A stretch of DNA of 54,087 nt from a virus (lineage: Duplodnaviria > Caudoviricetes), in the IMG/VR virus record IMGVR_UViG_3300046777_000758, positions 1 through 54,087 of that record; one strand, given 5' to 3'. The notes below the pieces were generated by a model that did not search any database, was not told the DNA's origin, and saw only the letters and a program-made list of their open reading frames with translations. The first letter of the stretch is position 1; every line of letters starts with the position of its first letter. Position numbers and translations under genes: made by a program. Below are positions 1 to 8,543 of this stretch, in pieces.

Positions 1-367
1 TTGGGCAGAGTTCAGTCTATCAGTTACGAATTAGATTCCACGCTCATAAATTAGATTTCTTTTAAATCTTTTAATGAGTCGTTTATTGAGCCGATTATAA
101 GATCGAGATTTGGATCCGGTGTAGCTTATAAACAACGTTATCAATAACATTGTTGATCAGCTTAAAGTCCAGGTTATTTTTTGATCACGCGATCCCGTGT
201 AATTTTACCAAATTCGCCAACCAATTAACCGCTGTGTAATTTTAGCAATTTAGCAACCTAATTCACACCACGCATTTTATTAGCCAATTTACCAAAAATT
301 TTAATATATTTTTTCTGAGCTATTGCTAAGCTGCTAACATTACTAAAAAGGTAAATGATTTGACTTA

Positions 368-1177
368 TTATGCCGGCCTAGCATTATCCATAAGGAATTG
401 CATAAGAGTTCCTGTGTATTTCATTCTTCCTAAATGCGTAAGTTCAATTGTTGGGTCTGTCCAAATGTCCCCATTAATTTTTTGCCAATAACGACAGAAA
501 CCGTAATCTTCAGAAAGAAATCTTTTATCTTCATCTACATATGAATTAAATAATGCATATGAGTAGTTTCTTTCTTCATCATTTAGCAGGCCGGTATCGT
601 CATCATATTTCAATTCGGGATACGCCTCAAATAGTTTTTCAAAGGCACTTCTTTTAATCATCATAAAACCTGTCCCGGCATCGTGAACAGATATTGCACC
701 ATTTTCTACAACAATTTTGTCTTCTCCAAACCTAACCGGATTAACAACAAATCTTGTACTCAAAGACAATAGTTGATCCTTATCTGCACCTTTTTGAGCA
801 GCTTTGGAAACCTTTTCCCAATTTATTTCCTTTATTGGATAAGCACCAGTTACAATTTCTTTATCGTGCCATAACATTTTCAAAATATCATCAGGATTAA
901 AACCTAAATCAACATCAATAAAAATCAAATGCGTAAACTCTTTATGGGCCATAAACTTTGCTACAAGTTGATTTCTAGCTCTAGAAATTAACGAATCAGA
1001 TAGCGTACTCACAGAGAATTTAAGACCGATATCTTTAAATCCAATCGCTGTCTTTATAAATGACATAAAGAATGGTTCAGTAATTTGTTGATCATAACAA
1101 GGCAAAGCAAAAAGTGGATGCCATTCCTTTATTTGATCAGATGTTATTTCAATTTCTTGTTCTTGTGTTTGAATCAT
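368..1177 (-). CDS. Glycosyltransferase, GT-A/GT2-like
   Basis: SLISRARN, DxD motif FIDVD, GTGFMMIKR and LSEDYGFC..W...G.IW.DP.I.L.H.G motifs. Start moved from 1195 to ATG 1177 because 1194-1230 is a terminator and TATACT lies 7 nt upstream of 1177. Confidence 0.8.
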   Translation of the reverse strand: MIQTQEQEIEITSDQIKEWHPLFALPCYDQQITEPFFMSFIKTAIGFKDIGLKFSVSTLSDSLISRARNQLVAKFMAHKEFTHLIFIDVDLGFNPDDILKMLWHDKEIVTGAYPIKEINWEKVSKAAQKGADKDQLLSLSTRFVVNPVRFGEDKIVVENGAISVHDAGTGFMMIKRSAFEKLFEAYPELKYDDDTGLLNDEERNYSYALFNSYVDEDKRFLSEDYGFCRYWQKINGDIWTDPTIELTHLGRMKYTGTLMQFLMDNARPA

Positions 1178-1193
1178 AAAAGAAAGTATACAC

Positions 1194-1230
1194 AAAAAAA
1201 AGCCCCCATGCCTTTCAGCACAGGGGCTTT
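1194..1230 (-). terminator. Rho-independent terminator
   Basis: Minus strand AAAGCCCCTGTGCT-GAAA-GGCATGGGGGC-TTTTTTTT: GC-rich stem with G:U pairs, GNRA loop and U8 tract, just after the stop at 1248. Confidence 0.9.
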
Positions 1231-1247
1231 ATAAGTAATTTTAAAAA

Positions 1248-1586
1248 TTACTTTGTGGTCTTTGTCTTATCCTTTGGTGTAACTGATGTTACAGTGTTTG
1301 CAGTAACAGAAGTCTTTGCGTTCTTATCCTGCGTAGCCTTAAAGAAAAGCTTGCTCTCAAGTGCATCAAAACGGATAACAATATTGTAACCCAACTTCTT
1401 AGCCTGAGCACGAATTCTCTGTTGCATTGAATTATACGCCTTACCCTTTTCAATACCAGTAATGCAAAACTTTTCGCCAGTCTTTACTGATTCATTAAGA
1501 GCATCAATAATCATTTGCAATTCTTCAGACACTCTGCCTGAGCGAGAAATCTCTGGAAAATTTTCTACTTTCTGAATGCTAATCAT
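1248..1586 (-). CDS. Small basic hypothetical protein, possibly DNA-binding
   Basis: ATG 1586 (MISIQKVENF) is preceded by SD-like AAAGGAAAG; Lys/Thr-rich C-terminal tail; has its own promoter and terminator. Function is inferred only. Confidence 0.7.
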   Translation of the reverse strand: MISIQKVENFPEISRSGRVSEELQMIIDALNESVKTGEKFCITGIEKGKAYNSMQQRIRAQAKKLGYNIVIRFDALESKLFFKATQDKNAKTSVTANTVTSVTPKDKTKTTK

Positions 1587-1653
1587 TTTAATCTTTCCTT
1601 TGTTTGTAGGGAATTTATTTGGTTGAAATGGCGTTTCCATTTCGTTGAAAATT

Positions 1654-1662
1654 ATCATAGCA
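1654..1662 (-). promoter_or_regulatory. Extended -10 promoter element TGcTATGAT
   Basis: TGnTANNNT match in the intergenic gap upstream of 1586; the leader contains a 7-bp hairpin GAAATGG-AAACG-CCATTTC (1625-1643). Confidence 0.55.
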
Positions 1663-1733
1663 CCGCCTTTTGGGTGATGTAGTCGGTTTGGCAACTTTTT
1701 TTAAAAAATCTTTTTGACTGAGTTATTTAACAA

Positions 1734-1934
1734 CTAAAATGTTGATACATTACTGTCGGCATTTTTATTAGCAGATTGCTCGTATTCTGCAACCAAATTC
1801 TGCAACTTTTGCACAGCCATTTTATTAACAGTTAATTCAAAATTTAAATTCATAATCTGCCTATTCAACTCGTTAATAATTTCATCAACTGTCACTTGCA
1901 TTTTTGTATCTTTATTTAGATCATATCTATCCAT
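1734..1934 (-). CDS. Small coiled-coil hypothetical protein
   Basis: Heptad-like helical sequence, coupled to the terL 3' end; the start may be 1901. Confidence 0.65.
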   Translation of the reverse strand: MDRYDLNKDTKMQVTVDEIINELNRQIMNLNFELTVNKMAVQKLQNLVAEYEQSANKNADSNVSTF

Positions 1935-3646
1935 CTCTCAGCACCACCAATCTCTCTCCTATCTGTGTCTTCAAAGATTTGAAGATCTCTATTATACATT
2001 TTCACAGAAGAAAATTCTTCAAATTCATCATCCATTTCAAATATCGGACTTGGAGCCAATACTTCAATTTCAACTTCAGAATCAATTGCAGCCATACTCA
2101 TAGCATTAAACACAGCACCGGCCAATGCATCAGCCAAGTCTTTAGAACCAGTTGCAGGGTGATCAATTTTGTTATTTCCAAACAACTTCAATTTAAGAAG
2201 TTCTTCTTCAACCAATAATTCATTCCAATATCCACGCAAACGAGTGTCATACATACAAGACATTAAAGTGTCGTAATCAGTCTTTTTAACGCTATGAAAA
2301 TCTGAATTGATTCCCATATTTCTCAAACTCTGAATCATTTCAATAGATTGCCAACGGTCAAATGTAACTAATCCAACATCAAACTTTCTATGCAAATCAA
2401 CAATCATTTGTCTAATTGAAGCAAAGTTGATTTCATTACCAACAGACGCTTCCCAAGAGTGAACAAGATCGACATTAATAATGGGAAGCATTTCTATACC
2501 CATTGATGTTTTAATTTCCTTAAAGCCTGCACAATGTGCCATACAAAGAGCAGCCCTATCTCGTTTCAAAGCCAAGTCAACGTGGATAAATCTTGTATGT
2601 CCATCTTTATTATTAAACCAAGGTTTAAACATACCTTCTTCATCAACCGGGTCTTCTCTATACATAAATGCTTTTCTAACTAAATCAGCATCTCTAAAAT
2701 AAGCGTCTTCCATATTCGGTGGTTCACATTCAAATCTTGCTCTTGCTTGAATCGGATTACGAACATATTCTGATTCTAAATCCTCTCTCTTAATCGTAGG
2801 ATTAACTTCCCAAGTAGCAGCTTTCATTGACCAAGTTTTTGGCTCACCATTATTTCTAGAATCAAAATATCTTTGTTGAATAAAGTCACCTTTATAACGA
2901 GGGAATGACAAAAGAATAACTTTACCTACTTCCGGGAAACGAGACATAACAGATAACTTACTCATATTATAAATTGCAGAAGCAGAACCTTTTGATCTTG
3001 TTTCTCCTTTTAATTCCACATCAGTTTTAAAAGCAGCAATTTCGTCAAGAATAATTGTCATAACTTCATAACCTTCCCAACCTTCACTTTCAGAGTGACC
3101 AGAGAAACATCTAACAGGTCTACTAAAAAAGAATATTTCTGAAACTCTTGGTTCAAACCCAACATCATTAAAGAATGGTGAACCTAACAATAAGTTTTTA
3201 AAAGGTTCAAAGAAAACTCTTTGTGCTTGCTGTGCGTTAACAGCAAGGTTAAGCAAGTCAATATAAACACCATTTGCTTTACCGTAATAGCTTAACGGAT
3301 CTCTAAGACAATGCATAAGGTAAGCTGTATAAGCCATAGAAATTCTGGCACAATGGTCTTTACCAGATCCTTTACCTAACATGCAAATCACTTCATTATC
3401 TGTATACTTATCGTAATATGCAGATCCCGCTTCTTCACCCATCAAATTAATTAATGTATGTTTTTTAAAGATTTGTGTAGAATGTCGTACAATTTCCAAT
3501 TGAATAGGCGATAATGGTGGTAACCCAAGATATTTCCTATCTTGAACAAATACTTCAATCGGAACAGGTTCTTGAGAAAATTCTTCTTTTTTTAATAACC
3601 TTTCAAAATCCGAAAATTCTAAATTCATTCCGATAAAGTCAGACAT
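1916..3646 (-). CDS. terL: Terminase large subunit
   Basis: Walker A GKGSGKD, Walker B IILDE, coupling motif LLSFPR, RNase H-like nuclease motifs HVDLA, FDRWQS and KDLADA. Confidence 0.93.
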   Translation of the reverse strand: MSDFIGMNLEFSDFERLLKKEEFSQEPVPIEVFVQDRKYLGLPPLSPIQLEIVRHSTQIFKKHTLINLMGEEAGSAYYDKYTDNEVICMLGKGSGKDHCARISMAYTAYLMHCLRDPLSYYGKANGVYIDLLNLAVNAQQAQRVFFEPFKNLLLGSPFFNDVGFEPRVSEIFFFSRPVRCFSGHSESEGWEGYEVMTIILDEIAAFKTDVELKGETRSKGSASAIYNMSKLSVMSRFPEVGKVILLSFPRYKGDFIQQRYFDSRNNGEPKTWSMKAATWEVNPTIKREDLESEYVRNPIQARARFECEPPNMEDAYFRDADLVRKAFMYREDPVDEEGMFKPWFNNKDGHTRFIHVDLALKRDRAALCMAHCAGFKEIKTSMGIEMLPIINVDLVHSWEASVGNEINFASIRQMIVDLHRKFDVGLVTFDRWQSIEMIQSLRNMGINSDFHSVKKTDYDTLMSCMYDTRLRGYWNELLVEEELLKLKLFGNNKIDHPATGSKDLADALAGAVFNAMSMAAIDSEVEIEVLAPSPIFEMDDEFEEFSSVKMYNRDLQIFEDTDRREIGGAERWIDMI

Positions 3647-4304
3647 TGTTTACCCCTTTATCGGAGTCATTTTCCGTCTCAAATTGTGAGGCTTTATGGG
3701 GGCCGGTTTCCGTTTCAAATTGTGGAGAGTTAACAATTTCTGCATCTTCAATGTCATCATCATTTGATGACATAATGTCAAATGCAACAGAGAGTTCTCT
3801 ACGAACTTCATCTGCAATCTCTGGGTATTTAGAAATAACATCTCTAAGGACTCTGGAAAGGATTTGGTTTACATTCTCAGCCTTCTGCATTCGTGCAATG
3901 TAATCAGAATCTCCGTTTGTCCCGCCCATCAACTTGTGAAGTTGAGCCTTCTTGTTTGCAATATCAGCAGCCAATTTCAAAGCTTGGATTCTTGCCGGGA
4001 CCATTCCGTGATCAGTTGCAATGTTTACTGTTTCCCAAGCTTCTTTGCTTAACTGATCAAACTCTTGTAGAGCCTTAATTGTATTAAATTGTATTCTTTC
4101 AAGGAAGTATGGATCTTCCTCTGCCTGCCTATTAAGCAGTTTCTTATATTCGTTTATATAATCTTTAGCTTCTGTTATCTTGATTGATAGCAGGGTAGCT
4201 ATTTCGTGGTATGAGTAGCCTTTGACATATAATTGACCAGCATCTTCAATGCTTCTAATTTTGTCAATAATTGTCTTTTCTACAACTGGTTCAATATCTG
4301 ACAT
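3639..4304 (-). CDS. Probable terminase small subunit (HTH plus helical oligomerisation region)
   Basis: Directly upstream of and overlapping terL; N-terminal HTH-like GYSYHEIATLLSI; start set to MSDIEP at 4304. Confidence 0.65.
   Translation of the reverse strand: MSDIEPVVEKTIIDKIRSIEDAGQLYVKGYSYHEIATLLSIKITEAKDYINEYKKLLNRQAEEDPYFLERIQFNTIKALQEFDQLSKEAWETVNIATDHGMVPARIQALKLAADIANKKAQLHKLMGGTNGDSDYIARMQKAENVNQILSRVLRDVISKYPEIADEVRRELSVAFDIMSSNDDDIEDAEIVNSPQFETETGPHKASQFETENDSDKGVNNV
3671..3724. repeat. Direct repeat, 2 x 18 bp at 36-bp spacing
   Basis: TTTCCGTCTCAAATTGTG (3671-3688) and TTTCCGTTTCAAATTGTG (3707-3724), 17/18 identical; encodes QFETE twice. Confidence 0.9.
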
Positions 4305-5347
4305 ATTCTTTGATAGTATCCTTCTATAGCATAGTCCCAAGTCATATACTTGAAAACTTCTACTACATTTCTGTATGTTTCATTTGCATATTTTTCATAA
4401 TTGCATGTTACATCTAACATTTTATCACATAAGTCTTGAAAGTTTGGCTTCATCCATTCTCCATTACCATTGTATAACCCAAAAAGACCTTCTGATGACC
4501 ATTCAAAATCTAATGGGATTGATAAATGAGCGTATTCACTACAAGCTGTGCCTGATGTGCAAATAGTTGGAATTGCTTTTGCAATTGATTGGAATGGAAG
4601 CCAACCCCAACCTTCTCCACTTGTAGGATAAACTAAACAATCAACTTGATCATATAAACTTGCCAAATCATTATCTGATAAATCATCTTCAATGACTTCA
4701 ATGCAAGGGTGTTTTGAAATAGAAGTCATATTGGGTGTATTTTTAAATAAGCGAGCGTCTGGCTCACCCATTGATTTGTATATTAATTTATATCTATCAT
4801 CATTTCCAAACAACTCTACATAGGCATCAACAGTCATTTGAGAATTTTTTCTTGTTGATGGTGAACCAATGCTAAGAAATGTGAACGGTGTATTCTTTCT
4901 TCTTAATATTGGATTATATAAATATTCATCAATGCCAAGACTAAAAGAATAGACAGGAACCGTAACACCAGAGTCAATAAAAGATTTTTTAATAAAATCA
5001 GAAGTAGTCCAAATCTCATCCATTGCGTTCATATTATCAACCCATTCTTTTGGAATTCTTGTTGTCTCCCAGTATGAGAACCCAATATTGTAACCATTAC
5101 TAATTTTATAATTAAATGGCAATGTATTATTTATAACAATGTCATTACTATCGCAATTAATAATGCCAGGGTCATATATTGATTGACTTATTAAGTTAAA
5201 AACTGAAATCGGGATAGGACTGTCACCAGTAAATATTTGACTATTTAGCCCCTTTTTATAAAGCCGTGATGAAATTTGTTCTGCTGATGTTTTATAACCT
5301 TCATTTTGTGAAGCAGATTTGTTATAGTTCCATAAAATTTTTTTCAT
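4280..5347 (-). CDS. Glycosyltransferase, GT-B/GT4 family
   Basis: WETTRIP..W, DEIWTTS, RKN and VYPTSGEGWGWLPFQS..K.IPTI motifs; SD AAGGA. Confidence 0.88.
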   Translation of the reverse strand: MKKILWNYNKSASQNEGYKTSAEQISSRLYKKGLNSQIFTGDSPIPISVFNLISQSIYDPGIINCDSNDIVINNTLPFNYKISNGYNIGFSYWETTRIPKEWVDNMNAMDEIWTTSDFIKKSFIDSGVTVPVYSFSLGIDEYLYNPILRRKNTPFTFLSIGSPSTRKNSQMTVDAYVELFGNDDRYKLIYKSMGEPDARLFKNTPNMTSISKHPCIEVIEDDLSDNDLASLYDQVDCLVYPTSGEGWGWLPFQSIAKAIPTICTSGTACSEYAHLSIPLDFEWSSEGLFGLYNGNGEWMKPNFQDLCDKMLDVTCNYEKYANETYRNVVEVFKYMTWDYAIEGYYQRICQILNQL

Positions 5348-5362
5348 AAATTCCTTAATAAC

Positions 5363-5391
5363 AAAAAGCCCCGCTTTTGATGCGGGGCCTT
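5363..5391 (-). terminator. Rho-independent terminator
   Basis: Minus strand GCCCCGC-ATCAAAA-GCGGGGC-TTTTTG, a perfect 7-bp GC stem plus U tract. Confidence 0.88.
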
Positions 5392-5406
5392 CTGTATTGT
5401 TTAATA

Positions 5407-5493
5407 TTACTCAGAAACAACTCTGTAAATTGCAATCTTATCGTTCTTTGCAAAAAGAACCAGTGTTTCCTTGATTTTCTGTGGTGCGTTCAT
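5407..5493 (-). CDS. 28-aa peptide MNAPQKIKETLVLFAKNDKIAIYRVVSE (absent from the ORF track)
   Basis: ATG 5493 to TAA 5407; TGaTATTAT ends 6 nt upstream of the ATG; terminator directly downstream. Confidence 0.6.
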   Translation of the reverse strand: MNAPQKIKETLVLFAKNDKIAIYRVVSE

Positions 5494-5499
5494 ATTGAT

Positions 5500-5508
5500 A
5501 TAATATCA
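5500..5508 (-). promoter_or_regulatory. Extended -10 element TGaTATTAT (leaderless geometry)
   Basis: 6 nt upstream of ATG 5493, no SD. Confidence 0.55.
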
Positions 5509-5553
5509 CATTATTAATAAGTTATTGTTCGTTTGTTTTTATTAATATAAAAA

Positions 5554-6321
5554 TTAGTCTTCTTTTACAAAACCTAATTTATCTCCGTCTTTTTCAGCAA
5601 AAGAATTTAGAGTATCGTAATCATAACCATGCATTTTTGTGAAAACAAGTCTATAGTTATACCATCCCCTAACGCCTTCCCAAAACTTCTGATCTGTTTC
5701 AGCTGCTAAATCAACCAATTCTTCACTTGTCAAAAGAAAAGTAAGAACACCTAATGGCATATAAACAACGCTGTTGTAAGTTTTATCTTTGTCAGATGCA
5801 TACTCTGCAAGTATGTCTTGATACTGCTTAATGACTCTTGCTACACCATCACCGGCATAATAATCGACTTGACCATGTGCATTTCTAATTCTAGGGCAGT
5901 AATCATCAACAGGAGTAACTGTTCCAAATGTTCTACAAACCATCGGTCTATATCCATAGATAGTGCAACCACCCTTGTAGAATACACAATGACGATCTGT
6001 CTCTCCATTCATTTCCCAATTTGGATCATGCATTGCTTCTTTCAAAGATTCAATCATTGATTCCATCCATTCATTGGCAAACTGCTCACCCTTATCTTCC
6101 ATCTTCAAATAGAATTCTTGTGTAATTTTGAAAGCAATATTTGCACATTCTGCAAGAGGAATTCTTAATCCAATCTTGCAACATTTACCTGAACCAAGAC
6201 ACTTGTATTCAGTATTATTCTGCTTTGCTTCAATCACTCTAACTTGATTGTAAATCATATCAAGTTTTCCAAATGTTGAAATATCTTTAGCAGTTACGCT
6301 TCTTCTCATTTCTTTCTTCAT
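5554..6321 (-). CDS. YkgJ/UPF0153-family cysteine-cluster (Zn/Fe-chelating) protein
   Basis: CLGSGKCC...CVFY..GCTIYGYRPMVCRTFG signature; ATGA overlap with the upstream gene. Confidence 0.82.
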   Translation of the reverse strand: MKKEMRRSVTAKDISTFGKLDMIYNQVRVIEAKQNNTEYKCLGSGKCCKIGLRIPLAECANIAFKITQEFYLKMEDKGEQFANEWMESMIESLKEAMHDPNWEMNGETDRHCVFYKGGCTIYGYRPMVCRTFGTVTPVDDYCPRIRNAHGQVDYYAGDGVARVIKQYQDILAEYASDKDKTYNSVVYMPLGVLTFLLTSEELVDLAAETDQKFWEGVRGWYNYRLVFTKMHGYDYDTLNSFAEKDGDKLGFVKED

Positions 6322-6614
6322 TTTAACTTACCTTTCTTTTTAAGTTCATTCTGCTTTCGCATTTCTTTTCTTCTTTGCTCTACCAATTTTTGAGCAGGAG
6401 ACTTTGGAGCTTTTGTTCTGCCAGCAGAAAGGTTTCTTCCCTTTCCTCTATATTTAAGCAAATCATATTTTTTACACCAGTTATAAATGGTCTGAGGGCT
6501 GGTTTTTATATTGTAATTCTTATCAAGAAGTTTTACGATATCAGTAAGATTCATTCTTTTAGCAACATAATGTTCGTATAGAAATGTCTTGTCTTTGTAA
6601 GGCTCAAGCGCCAT
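6318..6614 (-). CDS. HTH DNA-binding protein
   Basis: YKDKTFLYEHY...NLTDIVKLL...SPQTIYNWCKKY HTH pattern and basic tail; start set to MALEPY at 6614. Confidence 0.7.
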   Translation of the reverse strand: MALEPYKDKTFLYEHYVAKRMNLTDIVKLLDKNYNIKTSPQTIYNWCKKYDLLKYRGKGRNLSAGRTKAPKSPAQKLVEQRRKEMRKQNELKKKGKLK

Positions 6615-7185
6615 CTTTACCACCAGTTTTGTAATACCATAGAGCAATGCCTAATGCATCAATGATATCATCATCATCAAGTCCAGGTGTATCATCTCCA
6701 TAGGCAATTGAAACAATATTCCTGACTCGCTCTTTTCTTTCATTCTTCATTTTAATCTGGATAGAACCTTTTTTACCATTCTTCTCTAAGTCTGCTTTAT
6801 CCTGTTTAGTAAGGTTCTTATACCCAATTGATGGTTTCCAACTTAATGGATTGATATCTCTAGTCTTAATCCCGGCTTCATGCAATATCCCCCATGTAAA
6901 CCCAATTACATAAGAAATAATACGGCTTGATTGAAAGTTCTGAACATAGACGGCCTGCTCAATAGCAGCAACATCTGGCTTATATTCTTTGATAACATTT
7001 GTTATTTCAGAGTGTATTCTTGCAAATTTTTCAGACTCAGTTTTATCTTTTTTAAGATCTATCTTGCCTGTTGCAATTACAGTCTTATCTTTAGAAATAA
7101 CAGCCCAAGCTAGAGAGTGAGATGCCGGGTCTATGCCAATGACTCTCTCCCAATTGTTGCTACTTACGATGTTTTTTAAACTCAC
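6604..7185 (-). CDS. ruvC: RuvC-like Holliday junction resolvase
   Basis: IGIDP, AAIE and DDIIDALGIA acidic catalytic motifs. Confidence 0.85.
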   Translation of the reverse strand: MSLKNIVSSNNWERVIGIDPASHSLAWAVISKDKTVIATGKIDLKKDKTESEKFARIHSEITNVIKEYKPDVAAIEQAVYVQNFQSSRIISYVIGFTWGILHEAGIKTRDINPLSWKPSIGYKNLTKQDKADLEKNGKKGSIQIKMKNERKERVRNIVSIAYGDDTPGLDDDDIIDALGIALWYYKTGGKDGA

Positions 7186-7191
7186 TTATAT

Positions 7192-7197
7192 AGTATA
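7192..7197 (-). promoter_or_regulatory. -10 element TATACT (leaderless geometry)
   Basis: 6 nt upstream of GTG 7185, in an 18-nt gap with no SD. Confidence 0.5.
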
Positions 7198-7203
7198 GCC
7201 TAA

Positions 7204-7515
7204 TTAATTCATTTCTCGTCTTAGTTTTTCTTCATCCCATCCCCAGCCAACAAGTCTTTGTATGTATCTTTCAGTCTTGCACTGCTCACATATTTCCTCA
7301 TCATTATAAGATGAAAGAACAGTTGTACAACCTTCAGTTTCACAAACTCTTTTTCTTGTTTTATTGCCTTTTTTTCTGTAGTAATTCTCTAATAACTTTT
7401 TATTAGTTATTACTTTACGACATTCTGGAGAGCAATAAATAGTGTTATATACTTTTGCTATAAATTCTTTTTTACAATCACCGTTTTGACATATTCTTAA
7501 TTCGCTATCAAACAT
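7204..7515 (-). CDS. Cys-rich putative zinc-binding protein
   Basis: CxxxxC...CxxxC and CxxxxC...CxxC motifs; start set to MFDSEL at 7515. Confidence 0.7.
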   Translation of the reverse strand: MFDSELRICQNGDCKKEFIAKVYNTIYCSPECRKVITNKKLLENYYRKKGNKTRKRVCETEGCTTVLSSYNDEEICEQCKTERYIQRLVGWGWDEEKLRREMN

Positions 7516-8227
7516 TCCCCGACCAGCATTTATCAGCCAAAGCGCAATCTGCACATTTGGCTGAACTACGCTTATAAGGCTGAGTAGGGATTTCTTGCTT
7601 TAAGTAAGCTTCGTAAATTCCCCTGTATTTTTTAAACAACTTATCAATAAACTCATCATCTCGTTCAATAAAAATTGGTAAAATTTCTTGATTATTTTTA
7701 TTCTCATATATTACCAAACCAGAAGGAAGATCCAAACATCTCATATAGATTTGCGCCTGTCTAAAGTGATCATCTTTTGGCTTATTATGAAGTTTTCTAT
7801 AATGAAATCCTTCATTTGAAATTGATTTTAGTTCGATTAGTTTATGACCATCAAGATCAATTATACCATCAGCAGTTCCCTCAATTGGCGGGTCTTCGTG
7901 TGTTACAGGAATTTCTTCTGCAACTAGGATGCCAATATCTCTCAGATAACTATAAAGCCGATCATGAACTGCATGACCATTATCAAAAATTCTATATGTC
8001 TGAGGGAGAAATGTTGTTGTCATCTCTGTCCCCTGAAACAGATAGTACCAATACCTAGCGCATTGATTTGTGTAACTAGGGTGAAATCCCCCTACTTTTT
8101 TAACAACAGGGCTGTTACGCTTTTCTAGGTGGTCATCAATGGACTTTAACAAGTCCTGCACAATGTCATCACCGGACTTTTTGATAACTTCTTTTTTAGG
8201 AGTTTTAAGGGCATTTAAAGATTTCAA
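7508..8227 (-). CDS. Cas4-like PD-(D/E)XK exonuclease
   Basis: N-terminal Cys (CARYWYY), G.AVH, GTADG, ELKS, QAQIY and C-terminal CADC.....C (Fe-S ligand pattern). Confidence 0.88.
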   Translation of the reverse strand: MKSLNALKTPKKEVIKKSGDDIVQDLLKSIDDHLEKRNSPVVKKVGGFHPSYTNQCARYWYYLFQGTEMTTTFLPQTYRIFDNGHAVHDRLYSYLRDIGILVAEEIPVTHEDPPIEGTADGIIDLDGHKLIELKSISNEGFHYRKLHNKPKDDHFRQAQIYMRCLDLPSGLVIYENKNNQEILPIFIERDDEFIDKLFKKYRGIYEAYLKQEIPTQPYKRSSAKCADCALADKCWSGNV

Positions 8228-8542
8228 TTAATTCACCTTTGATGCCAATTTAAGAACATTAATATTCTCAGCCAAAGCCTCATACATTGTCTTCCAAATG
8301 TCATTTACAATCTTATCTTCTTCACTCATCATACTTGACCGCCTTTTAAATGCTTGTGATTTAATAATCATCTGTGTTCTATAAGCAGCCAATAAGTTGG
8401 CATATTTAATTGCTTGTAAGCCTACATAGTGATTTGGATTATCAATTATATCCTGCACTATTCCCATACATTCAATAAATTCTTTTGATCTATCACCCAT
8501 ATGCTGAGCAATAAAATCAACATCAACAATAATATTGGTCAT
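8228..8542 (-). CDS. Hypothetical helical protein
   Basis: Tightly packed ORF in the operon. Confidence 0.7.
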   Translation of the reverse strand: MTNIIVDVDFIAQHMGDRSKEFIECMGIVQDIIDNPNHYVGLQAIKYANLLAAYRTQMIIKSQAFKRRSSMMSEEDKIVNDIWKTMYEALAENINVLKLASKVN

Positions 8543-8543
8543 T

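Noticed and set aside
1587-1733. tRNA or structured ncRNA in intergenic gaps
   Set aside because: Only short hairpins; no cloverleaf, T-loop consensus or CCA end recognised here or in the other gaps.
7508-8227. Cas4-like gene as evidence of a CRISPR-Cas system
   Set aside because: No repeat-spacer array and no other cas genes seen; solo Cas4-like nucleases are common phage recombination proteins.
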